Position numbers and translations under genes: made by a program. A stretch of 64,000 nt of DNA from Desulfomonilia bacterium (GTDB lineage Bacteria; Desulfobacterota; Desulfomonilia; UBA1062), in contig CAXXDQ010000007.1 of the NCBI GenBank assembly GCA_963664325.2, forward strand, positions 96,001 to 160,000, written 5' to 3'. Positions 28,417 through 38,846 of the stretch are shown piece by piece; the stretch's first letter is position 1, and every line of letters starts with the position of its first letter. The notes under the pieces are model-generated. The model did no database searches and was not told the DNA's origin. It was given only the letters and a program-made list of their open reading frames with translations.

Positions 28417-31400
28417 ATGTGGATTTCTGATACGTCGATAAGAAAACCCGTATTTGCAACGATGGTGATACTGGCCCTGGTGGTGCTCGGGATAGTCAGC
28501 TATCCCAGGATCGGGGTCGACCTGTTTCCGAAAGTTGATTTTCCCATAGTAAGCATAACCACGAGGCTTACCGGCGCCAGTCCCGAGATCATGGACATGG
28601 ACGTGACCGATCAGCTTGAAGAGGCCATAAACACGATCAACGGGGTGAAGACCATCACCTCGAACAGCTATGAAGGCGTTTCCAGCATAATCGTCGAATT
28701 CGTGCTCGAAAAGGATATCGACCTTGCAGTACAGGATATCAGGGAGAAAGTTTCGGCAATCAAGTACAAGCTGCCTACCGATGTCATTGACCCGATCATC
28801 CAGAAGGTCGACCCGGATGCCAATGCGGTCCTCTGGATCAATGTCACCGGCAACCGTTCCGTTCGCGAACTCTCGACCTATGTCGATGAGGTTTTCAAGG
28901 ACAAGCTTCAGCGCATCGAGGGAGTCGGCGCCCTGACGATAGGCGGCCTGCAGAAAAGACAGATCCGGATCTGGCTTGATTCCAGCAGGATGAGGGCCTA
29001 TCAGATATCGGCCTCGGATGTTGCCGCTGTCCTGGGACGGGAAAACATGGAGCTGCCCGGGGGAAGGATCGAAGGCAATACAAAGGAATATTCGGTAAAG
29101 GTGAAAGGGACGCTCAGGAATGTTTCGGACTTCAACAACCTGGTTGTCGCTTATTACCAGAACGCACCGGTGAGGATAAAAGACATCGGCTGGGCCGAGG
29201 ACGGGGCCGAAGAAAGAAGGACGATCGCCCGGTTTAACGGCGTCCCGTCAGTCGGAGTAGGCATTCAGAAGCAGTCCGGCACGAATACCGTGGAAGTGAT
29301 AGACAGGGTTAAAAAGAACCTCGAGGCGATAAAAAAGGACCTGCCTCCAGGGTTTGCCCTGAACATAGCCTTCGACCAGTCCACCTATATCAAGCAGTCG
29401 ATCAATGAGGTTCAGAAACACCTGATCCTCGGGAGCTTCCTTGCCGTCATAGCGGTATTCGTATTCCTGAGGAATATCCGCACGACGCTCATAAGCGCTC
29501 TTGCGCTCCCGGTTTCCCTGATCTCTACATTCGCCCTTATCCGTGCATTCGGCTTCACGTTCAACAACATGACCATGCTAGGCCTCACGCTCTCGGTCGG
29601 AATACTGATCGACGATGCCATAATCGTAATAGAAAACATTTACCGCCATGTCGAGGAAGGCATGGCGCCAAAAGAGGCTGCATCCTTTGCCACTTCCGAG
29701 ATAGGCCTGGCCGTTATGGCGACGACGCTTGCGATCGTAGTCATATTCCTGCCTGTTGCATTCATGAAGGGGATAATAGGCCGTTTCTTCATGCAGTTCG
29801 CCCTGGTAGTCGTCTTCTCGATCTCGGTCTCGTTCTTCGTGTCCCTGACGCTGACGCCTATGCTTTCATCGATATTCTTAAAGCCGAAACATGAACCGGG
29901 AGGCCCGAGATTTTTACGGGCCGCCGGCAGCTTGTTTGAGCGCGGGTATAAGAAGGTCGAGGCAGCCTACAGGCCGGTACTGAGATTCTCGATAGATCAC
30001 AGGGGGATAGTGATAATATCCGCCATAGCCCTTTTTGTATTCAGCCTGTTTATCACCAGGTTCATAGGCAAGGAATTCGTACCCCAGGAAGACCAGTCGC
30101 AGTTCGTCATCAGGATGGAGGCGCCGATAGATTATTCAATCGGGAACGCCGAAGGGCTTTTTACCAAAGTCGATAACATGGTTAGAGCCGTTCCTGAAGT
30201 CAGTACAACATTTTATGTCCAGGGAATGGGGCAGGGCGGAGCCGGCCAGATAAACAAGGGTGTAATCTTTACCAGGCTCGTGCCCAAATCCAAGCGCAAA
30301 AGAACGCAGATGGAGATAATGCAGGACCTGAGGCAGAAGATGAAAGGTTTCCCCGGGCTCAAGGGAACGGCCGAGGATGTATCGTTCCTGGGCGGTGGAA
30401 TAAGGAACGTCCCTATTCAGTACGTGATAAGCGGCAGCGACCTTGTAACGCTGAAAAGAAAAACGAAAGAGATCGTTGCCGAGCTTTCCAAGGTCCCCGG
30501 CATTGTCGATGTCGATACGTCGGTAGAAGCGGGCAAACCGGAGCTGAGCATCTACATTGACCGCGACAAGGCCTCGGACCTGGGCCTGAGCATTTCCTCG
30601 ATCGCAGAGGTCATCAATCTTCTGATCAGCGGAGATACAGACATCACCAAATTCAAGGATGATGAAAAGGGAAGGCGCTATGATGTGAGGATGAGGCTTT
30701 TCCCGGGCGACAGGAAATCGCCGCAGGATTTGAACAATATATATGTCAGGGCCAAGGACGGGAAACTTGTAGAGCTGTCGAATGTCGTAACCGTAGTCCA
30801 GGCCGGAGGCCCGACAAGCATACTGCGGGTTGACCGGCAGCGCTCGATGATGATCTTTGCAAACCTTGAACAGGGCAAGCCGCTTGCCGATGCGATGAAG
30901 GACCTGAACGGAATTTCGGTCCGCATACTCCAGCCGGGCATGACGGCGCAGTACAAGGGAATGGCCGAGACAATGGGCGAATCGTTCAAGTTCCTGATGT
31001 TCGCCCTTATGCTGGGCATAATACTTGCCTACATGGTACTGGCGGCACAGTTTGAAAGCTTCATGCACCCGGTAACTGTTCTGCTGTCGATGCCTCTTTC
31101 GTTCATAGGCGCATTCGGCGCGCTGCTGATATTCGGCAAAACGATCAGCATCATGAGCCTGATAGGATTGATACTCCTGATGGGCCTGGTCAAGAAAAAC
31201 GCGATCCTGCTGATCGACTACACCAATACCCTGCGGGAGCGTGGCATGACGAGGAGAGATGCCATCCTGAATGCCGGGCCGGTCAGGCTGAGGCCGATCC
31301 TTATGACGACATTTGCCATGGTATGCGGCATGCTGCCGGTCGCGCTGGGGGTGGGCGAGGGTTCGGAGTCCAGGTCGCCCATGGGTGTGGCGGTTATCGG

Positions 31401-31584
31401 CGGACTGATAACTTCTTTGTTCCTGACACTGGCCGTAGTACCGGCTACATATGACTTGTTCGACGATCTGAAACAGAGACTTTTCAAAAAGAAGGACAAG
31501 GCCGGGAAAAAAGCCGGCATGGTTCCCGGCACATATGCCAGGCCGGATAAAAGCGGACCGCTAAGCGGCGAAAGCGAGAAATAG
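28417..31584 (+). CDS. RND efflux permease (AcrB/MdtB-like)
   Basis: IRKPVFA, GILIDDAIIVIENI, GLVKKNAILLID, RLRPILMTT. Confidence 0.96.
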   Translation: MWISDTSIRKPVFATMVILALVVLGIVSYPRIGVDLFPKVDFPIVSITTRLTGASPEIMDMDVTDQLEEAINTINGVKTITSNSYEGVSSIIVEFVLEKDIDLAVQDIREKVSAIKYKLPTDVIDPIIQKVDPDANAVLWINVTGNRSVRELSTYVDEVFKDKLQRIEGVGALTIGGLQKRQIRIWLDSSRMRAYQISASDVAAVLGRENMELPGGRIEGNTKEYSVKVKGTLRNVSDFNNLVVAYYQNAPVRIKDIGWAEDGAEERRTIARFNGVPSVGVGIQKQSGTNTVEVIDRVKKNLEAIKKDLPPGFALNIAFDQSTYIKQSINEVQKHLILGSFLAVIAVFVFLRNIRTTLISALALPVSLISTFALIRAFGFTFNNMTMLGLTLSVGILIDDAIIVIENIYRHVEEGMAPKEAASFATSEIGLAVMATTLAIVVIFLPVAFMKGIIGRFFMQFALVVVFSISVSFFVSLTLTPMLSSIFLKPKHEPGGPRFLRAAGSLFERGYKKVEAAYRPVLRFSIDHRGIVIISAIALFVFSLFITRFIGKEFVPQEDQSQFVIRMEAPIDYSIGNAEGLFTKVDNMVRAVPEVSTTFYVQGMGQGGAGQINKGVIFTRLVPKSKRKRTQMEIMQDLRQKMKGFPGLKGTAEDVSFLGGGIRNVPIQYVISGSDLVTLKRKTKEIVAELSKVPGIVDVDTSVEAGKPELSIYIDRDKASDLGLSISSIAEVINLLISGDTDITKFKDDEKGRRYDVRMRLFPGDRKSPQDLNNIYVRAKDGKLVELSNVVTVVQAGGPTSILRVDRQRSMMIFANLEQGKPLADAMKDLNGISVRILQPGMTAQYKGMAETMGESFKFLMFALMLGIILAYMVLAAQFESFMHPVTVLLSMPLSFIGAFGALLIFGKTISIMSLIGLILLMGLVKKNAILLIDYTNTLRERGMTRRDAILNAGPVRLRPILMTTFAMVCGMLPVALGVGEGSESRSPMGVAVIGGLITSLFLTLAVVPATYDLFDDLKQRLFKKKDKAGKKAGMVPGTYARPDKSGPLSGESEK

Positions 31585-31665
31585 CGCATAATTTGAACAA
31601 AAGCATATGCGGGCACACACGGCAAGCGGGCCTGCGAAATAATATGAAACCAAAGGGAGGATGTT

Positions 31666-31956
31666 ATGAAGATGGTAATGGTCGTTTATTCCGCTGCTGC
31701 TGACTATGACATCCTTAACACGCTCAAGGAGCACGGCATCAGCGGATATACCAAGCTGCAAAAGGCGTGCGGTGAGGGTACCGAGACTGAACCGAAACTC
31801 AAAACCCATACATGGCCCGGCGACAACAATATGCTTCTTATCGCGACCGGTGATGAAGATGCCAATGAAATAATCAGGATGCTGGGTGAGCTTAAGAAGA
31901 TGCATCCGCGGGCAGGCATACGCGGGTTTGTGATGCCTCTTATCGAAGCGGTCTGA
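31666..31956 (+). CDS. PII-like transporter-associated protein (PG0541-like)
   Basis: GYT...GEG...PKLKTHTWPGDN; directly downstream of the RND genes; GGAGG RBS. Confidence 0.7.
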   Translation: MKMVMVVYSAAADYDILNTLKEHGISGYTKLQKACGEGTETEPKLKTHTWPGDNNMLLIATGDEDANEIIRMLGELKKMHPRAGIRGFVMPLIEAV

Positions 31957-32131
31957 TTCCTGTGCGGGATGCATCCGGCTGCTTTCAGGCGGTTTTATTA
32001 AGGCAGGTTCATGAATATCGGTTCCGGTTTTCACCTCTTTTTGCCGGTCTATTCTTGACAGCAGGTAATGATTGGACGGATAATGATTCCTGCTGGTTTT
32101 TATTATTGCATATGCTGAGGAGGGTTAATCA

Positions 32132-34267
32132 ATGGGGCACCACGATTTTTCAAATCTGATCAGGATCGCGATAATTGTTCTTTTTCTTGCAGCCGGGTGT
32201 TCAAACAGCAGTTCAGACGACGGCAGCGCCTTATCCGAAGAGGCGCCTGCGCTGAACCTCGTTGCTGATGCAGGCCCGGACAGGAAGATCGACATACCCG
32301 GAAAAGTCATGTTTGAAACGCCCTCATGCGACGCGAGATCCGTTGAATGGGACTTCGGAGACGATAAAAATGCACAGGGCTGCCAGGTTGCGCATGCATA
32401 CAAGGCCCCGGGTAAATATACTGTCAGGCTCACTGTCACGGGAGCTGATGGAAAAACCGCTTACGATACGTGCATTGTAACCGTCTATCCCATGGATTCG
32501 GACAACGACCTGCTGGAAGATGCAATCGATGATGATCCTGAAAACGGCGACATCAATTCGCCAAGGGACAGCAAAGTTTTTTTCCTGGACACCTTTGACG
32601 GAGAGAAGCTTGAATGCCAGCTCTTCCTTCCCAAAGGCGAGCCGCCGTATCCCGTCATAATGATCGGCCACGGATGGGACTCCGATCTTACCGAAATGGC
32701 CGGACGTGCAAAGGATTATAGGGATGCTGGCTATGCGACATTCGTATGGTCTGCGCGCGGATGGGGCAAATCCACCGGGCTTATCAGGCTGGATTCGACC
32801 AGGTATGAAATAAAAGACACCATAAGGCTGATAAACTGGCTTGCCGGGCAGAAGTTCGTAATTGAAGAGAACAAGCCGGAATGGTTTTTTGATAACGGCA
32901 GGATCATCAACTATGATTTCGACCAGGACGGCATTGAGGAAAAAGACGACATACCCGGCGATGAAACGAGGGACTTCGTGCTCGGCTTGAACGGCTGTTC
33001 CTATGGCGGTTCCCTGCAGCTTCTGACCGCATCATACGACCACAGGATCGACTGCATATCACCGGAAAGGACATGGAACAACCTTCTTGACGCGCTGTGC
33101 CCCGGCGAATCGCTGAAAATCCTCTGGGCCGGGGGCTTCTACCTGCAGGGGATGGCCCGGTCGCTTCAGGGGACTGGCGTCGATCCTTTGCTGACGGACT
33201 TTATTTTGTCGCTGCTGCTGAAAGACGAAATCACACCGGATATGAAGGATCAGATGAGGCTCAGGTCGCCGTTCACGAGGTCGCGGTATGTGCTTGCACC
33301 GGCGCTTGTAATCCAGGGTGAATATGACACGATATTCGACCTCAACCAGGCGATAGCCAGTTTCGAACAGGTCCAGGCCAATGGCGTCGAGGCCAGGATG
33401 CACTGGTATGCGGGCGGGCACGGCTACCTGCCGGAAAATCCCCCTTACCATGAGGAGATCGTGCTGAAGTGGATGGACAGACATCTGAGGGGCCTTGATG
33501 TGGATACCGGCCCCGAATTGACCTATGACATTATCACGCCTGACGGTAATCAGGTCCGGTATTCGGGAAGCTGGCCCATGGTGGAAAAAGGACAGGAAAT
33601 GAAGCTGATGCTTCATTCCGGCGCGTCCGGGAATTTCCTGAAATGTGCGGCCAATGACAGCGGAAAAATCACGCTTGATCCCGCTGCGCTCGATTACGGC
33701 GGAGAAGAAGCCGGCGACACGTTTAAAAATATACCTTTGACCAAGACCAGCCTTTCTGAGATACAGGCCGTCCAGGGCATGCTGACCGACCCTCCGGACC
33801 CGTTTGATTCGCCTGAGACCTCGGTGACGTTTGAAAGCGAAGTTTTTAATGAAGACGCGGAAATAACGGGCATACCCCGCGCTGACCTGTGGCTTTCATC
33901 GAACTCGACGGACATAACCTATTTTATAAAGCTTTATGATGTCCCTCCGGGATTCTCGATAAATCCAGGCGGAAGCGCAGGCGCGGAAAAAATCAACACG
34001 GACGCCAGAGTCATAAACAACCATGTGACGCCCTTGAGGGTCTACACCGGAAAGGCGCAGGCAATCACCGGCAACCGGGTGGAGCACACTGTTGATTTGA
34101 GGGCGCTGGCCTATTTTATAAAGAAGGGTCACAGGATAAGGCTTACCATATCCACATCCGATTATTTCTTCCTGCAGTCCAGGAAACCTGGTACAGGCTA
34201 TGTATGGCATGATGCTGAACACCCCTCATGCCTGTGGCTGCCTGTAGTGAGGAAAGCAGACCGCTAG
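32132..34267 (+). CDS. CocE/NonD (S15) alpha/beta hydrolase lipoprotein with a PKD domain
   Basis: Lipobox LAAGC; PKD WDFGD...HAYKAPGKYTVRLTV; GCSYGG nucleophile; QGEYD; GGH; KKGHRIRLTI. Confidence 0.88.
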   Translation: MGHHDFSNLIRIAIIVLFLAAGCSNSSSDDGSALSEEAPALNLVADAGPDRKIDIPGKVMFETPSCDARSVEWDFGDDKNAQGCQVAHAYKAPGKYTVRLTVTGADGKTAYDTCIVTVYPMDSDNDLLEDAIDDDPENGDINSPRDSKVFFLDTFDGEKLECQLFLPKGEPPYPVIMIGHGWDSDLTEMAGRAKDYRDAGYATFVWSARGWGKSTGLIRLDSTRYEIKDTIRLINWLAGQKFVIEENKPEWFFDNGRIINYDFDQDGIEEKDDIPGDETRDFVLGLNGCSYGGSLQLLTASYDHRIDCISPERTWNNLLDALCPGESLKILWAGGFYLQGMARSLQGTGVDPLLTDFILSLLLKDEITPDMKDQMRLRSPFTRSRYVLAPALVIQGEYDTIFDLNQAIASFEQVQANGVEARMHWYAGGHGYLPENPPYHEEIVLKWMDRHLRGLDVDTGPELTYDIITPDGNQVRYSGSWPMVEKGQEMKLMLHSGASGNFLKCAANDSGKITLDPAALDYGGEEAGDTFKNIPLTKTSLSEIQAVQGMLTDPPDPFDSPETSVTFESEVFNEDAEITGIPRADLWLSSNSTDITYFIKLYDVPPGFSINPGGSAGAEKINTDARVINNHVTPLRVYTGKAQAITGNRVEHTVDLRALAYFIKKGHRIRLTISTSDYFFLQSRKPGTGYVWHDAEHPSCLWLPVVRKADR

Positions 34268-34297
34268 CGGACATTTGAATTGTTCAAGGGGGATTGT

Positions 34298-35341
34298 ATG
34301 AAGAGACTTCCTGTCTTTACCATGATGGTTATCATCGCAGCTGTTTTTTCATCCGGATGCCTCCAGTCAAAAGAGAAGACCGTGATCATGACAAACGGCT
34401 GGGCTGAAAATCATTTTTACACAAAGGACGGCAGGCTCTTCGTTACCGGGGAGAAGAATGTCTATGAAGTCTTAAGCCCTGAAAAAGGGAAATATGAGAG
34501 GGTCACTCTTTACAATGTAATGAGCGGCTGCATTCCGAAAGGGATAATGCACATGTTTCACGGAATAGCCGAATACAACGGCTATCTTTTCCTTGCCTGC
34601 AACAGGCTTTCAGTTGAAGGGATAATCCCGATGCTGTTCTATGCCAGGCTTGAGGACATAAAGACAGATGAAAATGGCAGGCCGATTGAAAACCTTTTCA
34701 GGGAAGTGAGGATCAACAGTCTTAGTATAACCGGCACTGCGAAGGTTTCATATGCAAACGGCATGGCTATAGACAGAAACGGCCATATCTATATTGCAGA
34801 TTCACTCGGCCAAAGCCAGGGCATTGAAAGGCTTACAATAGGGGACCTTGAAGACGGCGATGCCTCAAACGACGTTTCAGATCTCAGGACCCTGATCAGC
34901 GGCCACGCGAACGGCATTACGATTGACGGGGACACCCTTTATTACACGCACGGCGAAAACGGAATATTCATGGTCAAGAAGCTTGACCTGAATATGGTGG
35001 GAGAAGACGCTGAAGGGAACCTCACGGTTGTCGAGCAGGACCCGATGCTGTTGACGGACGAGTATGTCTATGACGACCTTTCAGTATATGAAACGCCAAC
35101 AGGCCGGGGCCTGCTGGTGGCAAACTTTAGTGGATGTTCCATAATCGCCGCCCCGTTCCCGGACATGAACAATAAAATAGAGATTAAGAAGGGATCGTTT
35201 GCAAACCCGTCATCGGTCCGGCAGGCCAGGTCGGCCATGTTCGAGGGCGATGAAATCACGGTGACGGAACTGGGTCCCTATGGAATGTCCCCGAATGCAG
35301 GCAACAGGCTCAGCAGCTTTGTCTGCGACAGCCTCCCTTGA
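34298..35341 (+). CDS. Beta-propeller lipoprotein (SMP-30/gluconolactonase-like)
   Basis: Lipobox FSSGC; WAEN, ANGMAID...IYIADS, ANGITIDG, DDL, NPSSV. Confidence 0.65.
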   Translation: MKRLPVFTMMVIIAAVFSSGCLQSKEKTVIMTNGWAENHFYTKDGRLFVTGEKNVYEVLSPEKGKYERVTLYNVMSGCIPKGIMHMFHGIAEYNGYLFLACNRLSVEGIIPMLFYARLEDIKTDENGRPIENLFREVRINSLSITGTAKVSYANGMAIDRNGHIYIADSLGQSQGIERLTIGDLEDGDASNDVSDLRTLISGHANGITIDGDTLYYTHGENGIFMVKKLDLNMVGEDAEGNLTVVEQDPMLLTDEYVYDDLSVYETPTGRGLLVANFSGCSIIAAPFPDMNNKIEIKKGSFANPSSVRQARSAMFEGDEITVTELGPYGMSPNAGNRLSSFVCDSLP

Positions 35342-35373
35342 CCTGAAGGACTGGAACCCTTTGACACCGGCCC

Positions 35374-36489
35374 CTATGGCACGAGGCTGGTTCTGGTAGC
35401 CAGTCCCTTATCCTGGTCCTCGAATGCCTTGTTTATCTGATCCAGAGGATAGGAAGTGCAGAGTATCTTCTCGAACGGGTACCTGTGCTTTGTACGGCTC
35501 AGGAAATCCAGGGCTTTCTTCAAAGCCTCAGCCGGGTAAAGCATGCATGTGACAATGCTTTTGCTGCTGATGACAAGTGATGAGGGGTCGAACTCGATAT
35601 ATTTCATCGGGTTTATATTCCCGAGTTCGAGGTAGCGCCCCCCGTTCCCCAGCATGCTTATGCCCTCGGAGATTACCTGGGGTGAGCCCACAAGCTCGGC
35701 CACGACATCGGCTCCCCAGCCGCCTGTAAGCATCTTTACGCGCATCACGCGTTCAAAGGGAAGCTTGAGTTCCCGCGTGTCGATTATCTCGTCGGCGCCG
35801 AATTCCCTGGCAAGCCTGAGTCGCTCATCGATGCCGTCGATGACGATGACTTTTGCTGCGCCCATGTCTTTGGCTACCGCTGTAGCATAGATGCCGAGTC
35901 CGCCTGCACCCTGTATGGCGATGGTCTCGCCGAAACGCAGTCCCGCCTTCTCCAGCCCGTAGATGATCTGGGACAGTGCGCAGTTGGCTGCGGCCACCAT
36001 ATCGTCGGTAAGATCGTCGGGCACCTTGAACACCGTCTGTTCGGGCAGGAGGTAGTAATACTCTGCATAGGCCCCGCGGAAGTGGGGAGGGTTATCGCAG
36101 GGGTTTATCACTGTGAGATTGCCGTTCGGGCAGGCGGCGTCGTCACCGCTCATGCAGGCTTTGCAGTGTCCGCAGGGAACGAAATACCGATAGACCACCC
36201 TGTCACCCTCTGCCAGAGGCTGGCCTGCCGAGTCTGTGCTTACGCCGTCTCCCAGCTTGGCGATTGTTCCCACCATTTCGTGCCCCAGTATGACCGGCAG
36301 AGGCTGGCCGAGAGAGGCCAGGTCTATGTCTCCACGCCATATATGCAGGTCCGAGCCGCAGATGTTGGCCCTTCTCATTTTAATCAGGATGCCTCCCGGT
36401 TCCGGGTCGGTCACCGGATATTCCACGATTTCCATGGGATACCCCAGCCCTTTATAGATTGCCGCCCTGCCTGTTTTTATCTTGGTCAT
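35374..36489 (-). CDS. Zinc-binding alcohol dehydrogenase (MDR)
   Basis: ICGSD, GHEMVG, CGHCKAC...C, GAGGLG; GGAGG RBS. Confidence 0.93.
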   Translation of the reverse strand: MTKIKTGRAAIYKGLGYPMEIVEYPVTDPEPGGILIKMRRANICGSDLHIWRGDIDLASLGQPLPVILGHEMVGTIAKLGDGVSTDSAGQPLAEGDRVVYRYFVPCGHCKACMSGDDAACPNGNLTVINPCDNPPHFRGAYAEYYYLLPEQTVFKVPDDLTDDMVAAANCALSQIIYGLEKAGLRFGETIAIQGAGGLGIYATAVAKDMGAAKVIVIDGIDERLRLAREFGADEIIDTRELKLPFERVMRVKMLTGGWGADVVAELVGSPQVISEGISMLGNGGRYLELGNINPMKYIEFDPSSLVISSKSIVTCMLYPAEALKKALDFLSRTKHRYPFEKILCTSYPLDQINKAFEDQDKGLATRTSLVP

Positions 36490-36683
36490 ATAACCTCCCT
36501 TCATTTCGCCACGGTATAATAATATGCCGAGATATTTAACATGACAGGCCATGCCGTGTAAACGCTCAGGAAGGCCTGTCCTTGCAGGGAAGGGGCAGGT
36601 AATGACAATTTAAAATCTTTGCTAAGGCCTTTTATCCCGGTTGCAGATGTATTGAATGGAGATTTCTCAAGGCTTGACAGCCA

Positions 36684-37112
36684 TTACTTCTTTGTGTCTT
36701 CAGCAGGAGGCGCGGAGTAGTCACGCACATGGGCGTCCTTCCTGGCCTCGGCCAGTTCCTCCACGGCCTTGAAGTCCAGGAGATATTCTATCATGCCCAG
36801 GTATTTGCCGGACTTGTCCCTGACTGCCAGAAAGCGGTTCATTATCTTCCTGTCCGGGAAAAGAAGCCAGAATTCCTCCTCGTCTTTAACGCCCGACTTG
36901 AGGTTTGACACAAAGCTTTCGACCCTGGAAAGGCTCTCAGGCTTGTGGCAGCCCCGTATGTCCTTTCCGAAGACGTCGGCCGGAGAAGGCCTTGACCTCT
37001 TATCACCCTTGTTCGCATACAGGAGCTTTTCGTTTTCGTCGATAAAGATGAATTCTATGGGCAGTGCATCCAGAATGGCTTCCATTTGTTCGCGGCTCAG
37101 GTTTTCGATCAT
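36684..37112 (-). CDS. Stand-alone PAS-domain protein (PAS_10-like)
   Basis: ILDALPIEFIFID...GKDIRGCH...AVRDKSGKYLGMIE. Confidence 0.8.
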   Translation of the reverse strand: MIENLSREQMEAILDALPIEFIFIDENEKLLYANKGDKRSRPSPADVFGKDIRGCHKPESLSRVESFVSNLKSGVKDEEEFWLLFPDRKIMNRFLAVRDKSGKYLGMIEYLLDFKAVEELAEARKDAHVRDYSAPPAEDTKK

Positions 37113-37252
37113 GATTCTCTCCTTTTCCGGTTCTGATTTGCATGGTTTATACATGATGCCGGAATGGAAGACAATTAAGGACATCCTTGGCGAACACTTG
37201 CAACAAATTGATTTAAATTATTTTCAAATATGGTGACCCTGTCCGTTTTTTA

Positions 37253-37594
37253 TCAAGCCTTTTCATAGATCTCCTGCCAGCGCTTGTCATCTGATGTGCT
37301 CTTGATCCTGATTGCCCCTTCACCCTTTTTAGGGTTAACCCACAATATCACACCTTCGATTGTAATGTTTTCGGAGGGGATCATAATTTGGAGTGACTTG
37401 CCGATGTAATCTTTAGGCTGAATAGTGGCGCTTGCTTTGAAGAGTTGCTGGCACATAAGGCACATGCTGTCCTTGCTGATATCTTTTAACATGCCGCGTG
37501 CATTGAACAGCTTTCCTAATTTGATCAAGAACATGATCTTGACCAGTTTCCTCTTATGTTTCCTTCGCTCTTGACCGGTATTGCCAGCTTCCAT
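37253..37594 (-). CDS. PilZ-domain protein
   Basis: ERRKHKR and DISKDS, the RxxxR and DxSxxG-like motifs. Confidence 0.7.
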   Translation of the reverse strand: MEAGNTGQERRKHKRKLVKIMFLIKLGKLFNARGMLKDISKDSMCLMCQQLFKASATIQPKDYIGKSLQIMIPSENITIEGVILWVNPKKGEGAIRIKSTSDDKRWQEIYEKA

Positions 37595-37624
37595 TAAGAA
37601 ACCTCCGCAAGAATTAGTAGGGAA

Positions 37625-38717
37625 TAGGGGACGCTGATGATAAAATGACTATAGCTCTGTAGCAAGGCATATTTTCTCATCATTGATTATCCTCTCTCCT
37701 TCTTTTACCGCACGGGATACTCCCGACTGTGTCATACCAAGGTGCTTGCCCAGTTCTGTCCCGATAATGCCAAGTTCTATCACACACCAATAACAGAACA
37801 CCCTTCTCGCTTTTACCAGTTGGCGATTTCTTAAACGATTGCTGAGAGGGTTTACCCCAAATATTTCTTCAACCTTTTCCGCTGCTTTCTTCATATCATA
37901 GCCGGAAAGTCTCAACTTGAGTCTATTATTTAATCTCTCTTCGGCATTTAGCAATATCTTTTCAACAAAATCACTGCTGCCGAGCATGCGTTCATCTCCT
38001 TTTGCCTTGAACCCCTTCGATTTTTCAGACAAAAGAGCCTCCCACCCGCCTGCGCTCCTTATAAGTCCTCCGCCGGTCAAGTCGGGCCGCTTCCCTTTCT
38101 CAATACCCGCCTTCATATATTCACGATAAATCCTTCTTGCCGATTTTTGCTTTTTGTCAAACTGCATCAGAATATAATCAGCATCCAGAAAAGAAGATTC
38201 CCCTTTAATCATAGCCGAATGGCCGCTGTAAGCGTAAGCGTCAAGTTCTTCCATTGTTTTTACCAGTCCGGCGCGCAATGGGTTGAGATGAATATACCTT
38301 ACAAGTTCGAGCAGGTATGTTTCCTCCTCGCACAGGATTGATTTATATCTGTTCTGAAACAGATGGCCGTGTCTTTTATATTTGCGGTTATAATACTGTG
38401 CATATCCTGTAAGAAGCCTTCGCATTACAGTTGTTATCGGGGATGCTCCGGTCCTGAGCAGCAGGTGAAAGTGATTGGGAATAAGGGCCCATGCATAGCA
38501 GGCGGTCTTTGTCTCATTCGCTATCAATGCAAGGCGTTTTAAAAAGAATTCCCGGTCCTCGTCGTCGTTAAAAATCCTGCGTCTTTCAATTCCCCTGACT
38601 ACTATATGATGTATGGCCCCGGGGCCGTCTATCCTCGATTGTCTTGGCATGATATCTTTCTAACGATAATTTAACACTATTTCAAGTCTATAATCATATT
38701 ATCATCAGCGTCCCCTA
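37625..38717 (-). mobile_element. RAYT element bounded by 30-bp terminal inverted repeats
   Basis: TAGGGGACGCTGATGATAAAATGACTATAG (37625-37654) matches the reverse complement of 38688-38717 at 28/30 positions. Confidence 0.8.
37649..38650 (-). CDS. REP-associated tyrosine transposase (RAYT; Y1_Tnp plus C-terminal HTH)
   Basis: MPRQSR, HHIVVRG, HUH motif PNHFH, GHLFQNRY, catalytic YIHLNP, LGSSDF, C-terminal HTH. Confidence 0.92.
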   Translation of the reverse strand: MPRQSRIDGPGAIHHIVVRGIERRRIFNDDEDREFFLKRLALIANETKTACYAWALIPNHFHLLLRTGASPITTVMRRLLTGYAQYYNRKYKRHGHLFQNRYKSILCEEETYLLELVRYIHLNPLRAGLVKTMEELDAYAYSGHSAMIKGESSFLDADYILMQFDKKQKSARRIYREYMKAGIEKGKRPDLTGGGLIRSAGGWEALLSEKSKGFKAKGDERMLGSSDFVEKILLNAEERLNNRLKLRLSGYDMKKAAEKVEEIFGVNPLSNRLRNRQLVKARRVFCYWCVIELGIIGTELGKHLGMTQSGVSRAVKEGERIINDEKICLATEL

Positions 38718-38799
38718 GTGGTCTCCTAGTGGTTACCTGAACGATAATTATGCCTGCGTTATGTAAGAATTCTGCGCCAACCATGACGGCGGGTACAGT

Positions 38800-38834
38800 A
38801 AAAAGCCACGGCAACGAAAAAAGATTGCCGTGGC
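38800..38834 (-). terminator. Intrinsic terminator after the Rhs-CT/immunity pair
   Basis: 10-bp stem GCCACGGCAA/TTGCCGTGGC with A5 on the left (U tract on the minus strand). Confidence 0.7.
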
Positions 38835-38846
38835 GGGTTTTGAATA

